Of a DNA stretch of 64,000 bases, positions 37,288 to 48,387 are shown piece by piece. The stretch is from Laetmonice hystrix. Its lineage: Eukaryota. The stretch lies in the NCBI GenBank assembly GCA_965235115.1, contig OZ249436.1, positions 20,028,001 through 20,092,000 on the forward strand. Reading direction: 5' to 3'. A program made the translations under genes and the position numbers. The notes under the pieces were generated by a model, which saw nothing but the letters and a program-made list of their open reading frames with translations, was not told the origin of the DNA and ran no database searches. Each line of letters starts with the position of its first letter. The stretch's first letter is position 1.

Positions 37288-38158
37288 TAGGGCGCCTAAG
37301 TCTCGTGACCTGGTTATGCGGGGGTTGGTCAAAGCGTCCGATGGTAAAAGCGTCCGAGTCAATGTGTCCGCCGCTTGAGTCAATGTGTCCGCCGTTTGAG
37401 TCAAAGTGTCCGCCGATAGGAGTCAAAGTGTCCGCCGGTCCAAAGGCCGCGGGCCCGGGGTTCAGGCGGCCGTTCAGGCTCTGTCAGGCCTGGGCGGGCA
37501 GCACGAACACTGGCTCACCTGCCGGACCTAAGCCAGGTCACTTTATTTGCAAAGCAAATCACGCAGTCGATTTAAGATCCACCATTTTCTGTCGGATTTT
37601 ATTCATTTAGATTCTATACATGTATGGTAATCTGCTCGGACACATTGACCAACGACCTCGGAGTCGGACACTTTGACTAACGACCGCGGACACTTTGACT
37701 TTTCACATCGGGCACTTTGACTAGCCCCCGGACACATTGACTCGTCGGACACTTTGGCGATCGGACGCATTGACTATACTTCGGTTATGCAAATGACGTT
37801 AAATAGCCTCAAACCAGCTCGCGATAGCACCAAACGTGCGCCATGCGATTGTGACGTCAAAAAATTTCCCATAGGATTAGCATTGACAGGGCCGACAGGC
37901 TTACAAAAACCAGCCCGTATATTCAAAATCTAACTTTCTAAACTATAAAACAAACTTTATCCCAGAGTAAACATGCCAGCCATCATGTATTGTAACGTTT
38001 AAATATTAACAGCGACTTCACTGCAGAATGAAAATATTTTAAAGTTGACTGTCACTGTTCCCTATGGCCATCGCAATGTTAAACCAGCGAGGCTATCTGC
38101 TCCTTGTCCCGACAACGCGAAATCTCTTGAATTCTCGTGACATACTTAGGCGCCCTAT
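37288..38158. mobile_element. TIR element tagggcgcctaagt...acttaggcgcccta (TAG..CTA ends, Academ-like) containing a nested element
   Basis: Perfect 14-bp TIR in GFER intron 1. Confidence 0.65.
37320..37782. mobile_element. Nested TIR element with 8-bp TSD GGTTATGC and gtcaa(a/t)gtgtccg subterminal repeats
   Basis: GGTTATGC at 37312-37319 and 37783-37790. gtcaaagcgtccgat is mirrored by atcggacgcattgac. Confidence 0.88.
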
Positions 38159-38763
38159 TACTAGATTAGTTGTTTCATTTGGAGGATGGTTCATTTGGAG
38201 GATGGGGGATTCTTATTCAGACTTATTTAAAATTTTCATTATGCAGCAGGTGGTTTTCATGATGAAGGTTATTGATTTGATTATGTTGATTTAAAATGAA
38301 CTGTAAATAACATTAGTTCAATAGTTGTGTTAAGTTGTAAACAAATTTATCAATTTTATTTCTGACTCATTACAAATAAAATGTAATCCAAGGTGAATAA
38401 ACTAGTGCCGTGGTACTCATAATAATTAAGGGGCTTATTATACAATTATTCTTTATGTTTGAATGGTAAAATTTGGTATTTTATACAAATATCTGAAAGG
38501 CCTTAAATTTATAATTTATAGGCCTACTAATTAGTAATAAAATAGAAAAGTACCAAGTAAAAGGGGGGGGCATGGGTCAAGTGGGATCCAGGTGGTTAAG
38601 AAATGTTCTCAAAACATCTCAGTCTAACTCATCTGAGAGGCAAAAGGTGGATTTTAGTGGGGGGGGGGGTGTATGCCCCTTACGCCTTCCCATCTCCCCC
38701 CCACCGATCTGCCGCTGGTACTTGTTATCAACTTGACTGCATGACTTCTGATATTCTGTGCAG

Positions 38764-38990
38764 GGTTCAGCAGCGAACCTGGTGGAAAAGGTGACAGAGA
38801 AACCACCAGACCCAGAATGCCCACTTGATCGTGAAGAACTGGGCCGTAATACATGGTCCGTTTTACACACCATGGCCGCCTACTATCCTGATCAACCATC
38901 CTCCACACAGCAATCAGACATGAAACAATTTATGCAGCTCTTCTCCAAGTTTTTCCCATGTTCTGAATGTGCTGAAGACTTTCGTGAAAG
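38764..38990 (+). CDS. GFER: GFER, coding exon 2 (..[28 protein letters not shown]...[14 protein letters not shown])
   Basis: Erv1/ALR core with [10 protein letters not shown] and the redox CxxC (CSEC). Bounded by a tgtgcag acceptor and an AG|GTAGG donor. 227 nt, phase 0 to 2. Confidence 0.97.
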
Positions 38991-39252
38991 GTAGGTTTTT
39001 CTTATTTCTGTTAAAGCAGGATTATAATTCAGTTATCGAATAATCACTGCCATCCCTATGTTTTTTCCTCTAAAATAAAACCTTTGTGTGGTCAACTGCC
39101 TGGCTTAGTTAAGCCTTAAGGCTGTCTAAAGACAATAGGGGTCTCGAGACAGATGCGCAACGGGGCATTCCAGAAATACCCACGTGGTAGTAGCACTGTC
39201 CTCTTGGCTACATATCAGTATGACGTTAGATAGGACAACAAAATGCTATTAA

Positions 39253-39441
39253 AGGTAAACTCTATTGAATTCGGTTTCCGCATTGGACTGCTCCGTTCCC
39301 CGAGCAAGCACACCAGAGCGAGCGACTGGGGGGGCTCACCACTGTACCGTGGGAATGGGGCATTCAATTTTTAGAACGGGTACGTAGCATTGGGCCATCG
39401 CTGCAGTCCGACGCGGAAACCGAATTCAATAGAGTTTAGCT
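39253..39441. mobile_element. TTAA-flanked MITE (Kolobok-like) in GFER intron 2
   Basis: ttaa|aggtaaactctattgaattcggtttccgc ... gcggaaaccgaattcaatagagtttagct|ttaa, with a near-perfect TIR of about 38 bp. Confidence 0.9.
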
Positions 39442-39606
39442 TTAAAGTATTGAGATGAAGTAATATAAAGATGGATATAAAGTCAATCTACCACTAATCT
39501 CGTAGCTCTGAAAAAATTGACTGCATGATACATGATGGTGATATAATGTGTTACTATATTAGATAAAAGTCGTGCGTTAAGTCCATTTGTTTTTGTGGTT
39601 ATTTAG

Positions 39607-39769
39607 AATGAAATCTTCCCAGCCAGACACCCGGACGAGGCATCACTTCGCACAATGGCTCTGTAACATGCACAACAACGTGAATAGGCGCCTGGGCAAA
39701 CCACAGTTTGATTGTAGTAAAGTCGACGAAAGATGGCGTGACGGATGGAAAGATGGTTCTTGTGATTGA
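39607..39769 (+). CDS. GFER: GFER, coding exon 3 ([53 protein letters not shown])
   Basis: Contains WLCxxHNxVNxxLGKPxFDC and the C-terminal [11 protein letters not shown] typical of ALR. ttatttag acceptor. The spliced CDS is 543 nt (180 aa plus stop). Confidence 0.97.
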
Positions 39770-41791
39770 CACCAGGGGGCGTCATGGACATCTCCATTTC
39801 TCATTTCTTGAAAACATTGGATACACGGACTATCATTACCCCGGTAATTCTCTAGGATGTTTCATTAGATTTGATACAGGACAGACTTGCTGTTTAGAAC
39901 AAATATAACTTGATTCACCTATTTGTACAAATAATTAAACAATCTGGAATGACCATTCATAAGTGATGGAAATGAAAAGGACACTTGATATACTGTACAT
40001 GTAGATACAAGACAACAGAAGATGAGTTCAAGGTGGTTCCTTTGTACTATGTCATGTCAAATTGCTACACATTTAGCCATGTAGTATTTTCAAAAAGAGA
40101 ACGACGTGATTCAGTATTTTAAGAACTCGAATGCTCTCAGGAAAATGGTTTTTTGGCCTGCCTGATCTTTGCGTGATAGATTCTTGATAAGTATCCGTCT
40201 TATACACGGTGAACTACCTCATGACAATCCCCACCCTCGGGATTAGAGGCATTTCAAAGGTTTTAAAACATGTAATTTCTATCGTCGTTTTAATGATGAG
40301 GTATTTCCACGGAATTGTTGATGTTGGAGCAGAATGAGTGTACCCCCTGCCACAGATATTACAGAGCAAAAGCGTTTCGAAACTCTTCAGTTCACGCGTA
40401 TTCCATTTCCATCGCTGAAGGATCGTATGCCTGAGTACCCTGCATGCTCAGTGGAAGGAATCACCTATGTACACACATTTAGTATGCATTGTTTCTTGCA
40501 TGTACTTAGTACATAAATGTATAGAAGTTATTACCGGGGGTAAGTCAAAAATCATAACATTCGTCTCGCGTTTTTTCTCTGCAGTTTTTCGTGAGTAAAG
40601 GATGAGGGTTGTGAAAATACGTTTTAATGAATGTTTTGAAGAGGGCTGTGATATGTTACCGATATGACCTTGAAGTTGAATAAAAAGTGTCATGGTCAAA
40701 GGTTTTGTTAAGTTTGCAGAAGATGAAGAGTTTTCCGATGCATGGTTACCGTAGTCGAGTTTTGTTTCCTGAAGGGCCGCGCACGTCTAGATATGCCGAG
40801 GCATCCATGGAGGCCTAAATTGGACGACCAGAACATGGGAGTTTCATCATTTTTGAAATGATTGGGGTTGTTCTCTCCCACACTAGCCAGGCATCTGAAG
40901 GAGTGTGGAACAGGAGGGACAGTGGGCAAAGCAGGGTTTACAGTGGCCCACGGCGGGACCTTTCATCCCATTCCATGTCGCGATATTATAAAATGGCTCG
41001 AATGCAGATCTGTCCATAGAATACGTTCTAATGCTGACCAAAGCAGAAATGTCTTTCGTAAAGGGAAATCTGCATCTTTGCATCAGACAGAAGTAATATA
41101 AGTTCGAGTCTATCAAAAGTGAACAAGTATCTTGGTTTATAGAAGTTAAATTCCGTCATTACTTTTACGCCTGCTTTTTTTCAGGTTGAATGGTGCCAGG
41201 TCTACTGTTTTATTTTAGGGCTAACAATTTTTTTGTTACCAGTCTTTCAAACATGTTGAAGAAAACATCTTTTGGAAAGCTAATGGTGAATCCGACAAGT
41301 TCATTGGGTAGGATAAAGGTAGCTGCGACTATTAAAAAAGAGGGACCCGATTAAACGTTATGACATCTATAATCTAATGAGATTTACCTCGGTAAAACAC
41401 GGATAATCCTCATATAGTTACAGCTTCTGATTGATGACATCTTATTTAAACATAATCGGCTATCAGTCACAGTACCAATGTATAAAACAAACGTTATCAG
41501 TATGTTGCAGCAGGCATATAGTCTTCCACAGGTCATATTTCCAGGGAAGCTCGAGATTATATGTTCTGCTGTGACGCCTTCTGAACTCCGTACTGTACCG
41601 TCGTATTGGAAAAAGAAGTAGGCGTATTATAACCTCTTTTTTGCGTCTGAAGTACCATGGGAGACGTCATAGATTTCACAGCAAATGACACGTTACTCTA
41701 CATGTTGTACACAAAGCCCACGTTAAAATGTGTCTAATATTTTGCAGGAACTTGAGCGCTCAAAGACAGGACAGTTAATACAGATTGTTGT

Positions 41792-42283
41792 AGTGGCTAC
41801 GATAGACGTTTTGTTATACTCCACTGTACATGATGGGTGTACATACTATTGTGTGTGCGATAGGACCAAGAAAAGCTTTGTTCATCGCATTGTTTACAGG
41901 AATGCACCGCAAAAGGAATTGCGTGCTGAGGGCAAATGTTAAGTTGGCAACGGGACACAACATTGAGCATGAAATGCCAACAAATAACGTGTGCAGAGCT
42001 GAAGTCAAAGGCAGATGTTAATGGAAGCAGTGTCATGTTGTACCTAGAAAAAGAACTGATGCACGGTTTTCATGTAGATTGGCGAGTAAGGGAGAGGAGG
42101 CAAAAGGTTTTATTTAAAAAAAGAAGGATTCTCGCGTGAATCACTCTTGTTGATCAGGATGTTGCTCGACTATGCTGATATTTGATCTCCTTTTTCGCTC
42201 AGGTAAAAAGCCGAAAGATCCTTTACTTTAGGCAGGAGAACTCAAGACGAATAGATCTATGAAGAAACCCCTTCAGTTCTATA
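41792..42283 (+). repeat. Direct repeat of about 490 bp, copy 1
   Basis: Highly similar to 45044-45530. Confidence 0.92.
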
Positions 42284-42550
42284 CAATATAGACTTTACTG
42301 TAGTGACAAAATCTTCAGGAGGGTAATTTATATAGGCCTACATGTATCTGGTAACTCTATATACTAAAATTTCTTGTTGCAAATACATATACATGTACAT
42401 TGTACTATAGACTCACACTAGGCCCATGTAAAAACAGAACGTCACCTCAAGATATATTTATAATTCCGCGTATTTTTGTTCATCACATCCAAATTTTGAC
42501 GCTCTCTTGATGCCTGGGTTTGCGTGTCGTTGCGTATTGCTACGCGCATT

Positions 42551-42608
42551 AGATACGATGACGTCAAATACGGTGACGTCAGATACGATGACGTCAGATA
42601 CGGTGACG
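42551..42608. repeat. 15-bp tandem repeat (agatacg(a/g)tgacgtc) x4 containing three TGACGTCA palindromes
   Basis: Visible directly. Confidence 0.85.
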
Positions 42609-45043
42609 CTTCGAGGTGGCAAGAAACAGAAAATGAAGCAACAACTATCCTATGGATGACGAAAAACTTCGACAGTACAGAAATCATTACAACTCGTCTG
42701 GAATATAAAGATGGAGAACAGCTGAAAACCCAGGTAATTGATCTTTAGGATGATGATACCATCAGGATACCCGATACAGATTAAAGGCTTACGTTGAAAT
42801 AATTAAAGCTCCACCGTAAAAGCCTGTAAAATCAGCTAAGTATAGCACGTATGAGGCACATTATACAAAGAATCTCTTTCAATTTTTGGCAGATGATTAC
42901 CTGAACATGCTATTTCAACCCAAAATCTGCCTTACAGATTTGATGAGTCGGGTATTAACTATTATGGAGTCAGGTCCAGAAGCGGACATGGCTTGGGGGC
43001 TGGGGGTGGCTGCCCACCATGGGGGCCAAAAAGGTATGAGTTGGGCCCATAACTGACCTGATATCCCAAACGAAGTTTACATAGGCCTATACATGTAATC
43101 TGCAAATGCAAGAAGCGGGGAACTTGCGTAATGGCTAGTAAGGGGCCCCCTTGTCCCCTTCGCTCGACAATTACTTTTGGGGTGAGGTCGGCCCCCTTCA
43201 TTGGGAAGACACCCCCCTCCCCAGGTGGTTCTCGCCCCTTCTGAGATAACAATGTAGTTCTGCCCCTGGTTCAGGTGATATTGAGTATGGGCGTGGTAGG
43301 GGGGGGGGTCTGCATCTGGGCCCCGGATCATGTTTCTCCAGAAAAAATGAGAAATTGGAGGCCAATAACAAACATACATCTGGGTATTTTTTTCAGTAGG
43401 CGGGGCATATTTTTGCCCAACTGAAAAAGTCGATCCTGCGCCCCTGGCCAAACCTTTTTATCTTGACTAGGCGGACCTTGGCTGGCTCTGCGGGTAGGTT
43501 ACGAGTAACCCAAGTAACTCCCCCCAGCCTACGGGCCTGTTATGCGTGCGCAGAGATGATCTACTTCCGCTATTCTTTTCAGCTTTTTAGCTGATTCTGC
43601 CGGATACATCGATTTTCGTCGCTTAAAAGCTCGTTTCCGAGCTTATCTGCATCTATATAGCAAGCGTATCATGATCAAATATGGTGGAGAGATACGAGAA
43701 GTTAGCATGTGGTTTCCTGGAACTTGCAATGGGACTATTATGGAAGGTTGTTCGACGTCATTTGTAGGGCCACTTTCGGAGAAAGGAAACAAATTCAAAC
43801 TCCTGCTATTATCATGTTATATCTTCGGCCCGAATCCTAGTTAACAAAGATCATGATACTGCAGTATACTGCAGCAACAGTGTGTCTTTACATAGATGTC
43901 AATAGGTTTTGCTATCGGTGACAGGAGTGTTTTATTTTCGAAGTTACGTGCGGTGTACTTTTAATTATGTAAATATCAATTCCTCCTCCATTTTTGTTTC
44001 CAACGCGTCCGGGAACATTTCATGATTAAAGATTCTGTGGTAAAATTATGAAAAACTATATGGTACATATTGTTTTTCGTAAAGATAACAGTTATCGGTG
44101 ATAGTCTGTGACTGCCATCACCTGTTGTGTAGGCAACCTCATCGGGCCGTTTATAGGCTAACCATTATAGGTAAGCATAGCCATCCATGCACGCATGGTG
44201 CCGAACAAAAGCACCACATGGTATCCGTACTCCACGGCGTTGACTGATCGAATGCACTCGGAGCAAAACGATTCTCATCACTGTCGCCAAACCGCAAAAA
44301 CTGGGCCTGCTGCTCTGGCAAATATCAAAGCAAATCCTATGATTTTTTCGTCAGCCGCATACATTGTTCTCCACCGCATGGTGACTTGGAGAATGGCTAG
44401 TACGAGCCAAGTTAATTCTTATAAGTCTGAGTCTTTATAGACGGATATTATCAGGGCCAGCGAGAGCCAGAACGCTGGGGTCTCGCACCCTTCCTCAATG
44501 TATGCGCCTCTATAGGTATAGTGATATACACGTACATGTTACATATTACGCGGCAGTGGTGATGGACGAGCCTCTTCCCACATATTTTCTTAAAGGTCAA
44601 CCCTTCCTGGGGTCAGACCTTTAAGGCATGAGGTTAAACGGGTCAGTCCATTATCAGAGACCCCCCCCCCCTTCCAGGTAAGAAAAGCTTCCCATGGCGG
44701 TCTAACAGATTCCATAATCTACGCCCTTAATGCAAAAATGGCCCCTTCTTGCTCTATGTGCTTTGCCTTGCCTGATTAGTCCCTCTTTATCCCCATGCCT
44801 TCACGAAATCCTGGATTCGCCACATCATTTAAAATCGAAAGTTAAAGATGTTCTTACAGAACGTAAACAATGTTAATGTTAACTTTTAGAGGTTCCTGTC
44901 AGGTGAAGTCTTGGTCTGAATGTCTGCATCATCATCAATGTCCGCGGTAACTCGATTAAAGCCCAACGCCGCCTTTAAAAGGCACTCTAATGAGTACGAT
45001 AACTGTTCCAAATTCAAAGATCAATAATCCACATAAAGATAGG

Positions 45044-45530
45044 AGTGGCTACGATAAACGTTTTGTTATACTCCACTGTACATGATGTGTACATACTATT
45101 GTGTGTGGCATATGACCAAGAAAAGCTTTGTTCATCGCATTGTTTACAGGAATGCTCCTCAAAAGGAATTGCGTGCAGAGAGATCTTAAGTTGGCAACGG
45201 GACACAACATTGATCATGAAATGCCAACAAATTACGTGTGCAGAGCTGAAGTCAAAGGCAGATGTTAATGGAAGCAGTGTCATGTTGTACCTAGAAAAAG
45301 AACTGATGCACGGTTTTCATGTAGATTGACGAGTAAGGGAGAGGAGGCAGAAGGTTTTATTTAAAAAAAAAGAAGGATTCTAGCGTGAATCACTCTTGTT
45401 GATCAGGATGTTGCTCGACTATGCTGATATTTGATCTCCTTTCGCTTAGGTAAAACGCTGGAAGATCCTTTACTTTAAGCAGGAGAACTCAAGACGAATA
45501 GATCTATGAAAAAAACCTTTCAGTTCTATA
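45044..45530 (+). repeat. Direct repeat of about 490 bp, copy 2
   Basis: Highly similar to 41792-42283. Confidence 0.92.
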
Positions 45531-48215
45531 AATCATTACCATGAATGTATATGACTGATCATGAATTTTGAATAACTGCATGTCCTCAGAGCAGGACACG
45601 ACACAGTCTAGATAATGTTTCCTTCGCTACACAACATGTATAGCCTACTGGTATGTGTTACAAATAGATCTTGGTGTTCCAACCGCTCTGACGAGGACTC
45701 TGATATATGCTCTGTTTTTTCCGCTGAAATGGTCTCAGTCTCAGGGCATCTGAGACTCAAGTCTTGGTCGAATTATGAAGCACGCAATGACAAGCCACAG
45801 GGGCTGGGGCATGACGGGATGTAGACATTTGGAAGCTTGTACGTAAGAGTACATGCGTATACCCTTTTCAGTGTAATAGGTATGCGTGCAACGGCATACA
45901 CATATACATGTGCCAAATTCCCAAGGCTTGCTTTATCAACGTAAGAGAGCTTCCTGTAAACAGAACAACATACCTGCCACAAAAGTGGTATCTAATCAAT
46001 AACCTGGTTACCATCTAACAGATTTTCATTTAATCAATCATGCTACAGCTCATTAAATGGATACAAGAGGATTTTCATAACCTTAACGATTGTTTTCCCC
46101 ATCAGTTGATTTAATGTAATTCCAATGTTTGTAGAGCAGATAATTAAAATGGCAAATATTGCCATGGGAAAATATAATTAATAATAGTGGCAATAGAGCA
46201 GACCATTGCTTGACCTGTAGCAACCTCTGGTTGAAAAACAAATTCATTTGATAGGTTATGAGACAGGAAAAGTATCTTTCATTGTACATTTTAGCTGGCG
46301 AAGGTGTCATGGCATGGCGGATCCAGGGGGCCAAGGGGGCGTTGTACTCTAAAAAGAATATAGGCCTATTATTTTAATTTATTTTATAGGGCCAGAAAGT
46401 TGTATTTATAAATGTTAGGTCGATAAAAGTAGGCCTAGACCACCCAGAACATGGTTCATGTCCTACACCAGGTGGGGCTGACAGACACCGTTGGATAAGA
46501 TAAATAGATGCGATGAGAAAAGAATAAGTATTACAATAATGGTATCAAATACGAAAATCGGTATACGGGCTAACACTATAAAATGAGAAAAAGGTTCATT
46601 TGGAGAGCCTATAGTTTTCCGGCCTATTGGCCTCTCAACCACCTTACAAGGTGCTGAGCTGGCCCTGTTCTTTCATATAGACCGATACTCAAACAACAGA
46701 CTTTTTGAACTAGAAATACAAAATAGAAATAGATATATGCAATAGAATGCAGGGCATTACGTGTTTTCGTCCCATGCCTCCTAATTTGCCCCCCCCCCCC
46801 CCAAAAAAAAAAAACGAATTTGCTGAAAAGTCGTGCAAGTAAAGTTAATGGCCTCTTTGGTGTAGGCCTATAGCCTGGATGCAGTGCCACACTGGTGGTG
46901 TAGCCGGGATGTCGGAGCGAGACTTTGTTGTGCGGGTCGCGCCAAACCTTGTCGTGAACAATTCCACCATGGATTGTGACGGTATAGGTGATGGTTGGTG
47001 ATGGCGTGCACGTCCACCTCATCCGTCAACCAGACGCCCTCTGCCCTAGTCCTCGCTCACCGTCATCTACTGTTGTTGTCATGGTCCATGATGAATGCCC
47101 GCCAACACGCTGGCAACTGGAACTTAATACCGCTCTCTTAAACCCGGAATGCGCCTGGAATAGAGAAGACCTTTTGCTTTCTGTATGGCTCGAAGTTAGC
47201 AACAAATATTTCTAATTCACTGAATGGCAATCATTCTAAAATTTGAAATGTACACGTGCGTGTTGATTCGAGAACTAAAAATGGCTGGAGCGGGTCTTCT
47301 GTGGAGTAAAATATAATTTGTTGATAATAATAATAATGGTTGCTGTTTGATCTGCTCTCTTCATACAGCTGTCATTCTCCTACCGCTGGTGGTACTACCT
47401 TTTTATGTCGTGTGTTTTATGCTACCACTAATGCTGCCAGTAGTGGGGCCGCTGTTGCCTCCTCTTACCGTAAGCCAGAAAACCTGTAAATATCTATGCC
47501 TATCCTTCTATCAGCTATCCTGTATTCAGCTATTATATTGGAAACTTGATCATTTCGAGGTCTGCGTTTTCCGGGCCCAGATGCCCTGTTTCGCCCTATC
47601 ACCCAATATGGCCATATATATGCACAGATGGTAATACTTAAACTGTAAGTAAAGTAAAATTATGCGAAAAATATAAGCACTCCAGTAATATGGCCGATAA
47701 TTTGAGAGTTTTTGCATGGATTGATGGTTGGTAGATTCCCAATTGTTAGAACCGACCACATTATAGATCCGTATCGACAAGCAACAGACATGCCAGAATC
47801 AATCTGTGCATGTGCATCATGATTCATAATGTGAGGCCTTGGAGTTGCCAGTGAGGCCTTGGCAAATCTTTACATCAGCTTAATCAACTGATTTGACATC
47901 AATACTGTAATTTGCTGTAATACAGGGCCCCTAATATGGCCATTTGTAGCCGCGTAATTCGACCATTACCATATTGGATTGGCTTCAAAACTTTTTAAAA
48001 GCTCGACGAAACTTCGTTTTGAAAACGTGAAGATCCAGCAGATGTGTCTCGACTTTCTGTGGGAACTTCAAAACCAGACCTCTCATGGTAAGCAACTCGA
48101 AGTGGGCAGCAACATTTTCAGATATTAGAACCGAAAATTGTTTGCTCATCCCCCTGCCGACCAGAATGAAGGCATATGTGTACAACAGCCGGTGTTTCAC
48201 GAGATGAATGTACAA

Positions 48216-48387
48216 CAGTGGGGGGATCCAGGAGGCCTAGGGCGCCCGGCCCCCTCTTAGATTTTCTTTTTCTTCTTTTTTACAGTTAAAATTTAAAAAC
48301 AATGAAGGTGGACCCTCCCTTATCAATATCCTGCCCCCTTATCAAAATCCTGGTGCCCCCCTTATCAAAATCCTGGATCCCCCACTG
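48216..48387. mobile_element. MITE cagtggggggatccagga...tcctggatcccccactg with 5-bp TSD TACAA
   Basis: Near-perfect 17-bp TIR. TACAA at 48211-48215 and 48388-48392. Confidence 0.88.
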
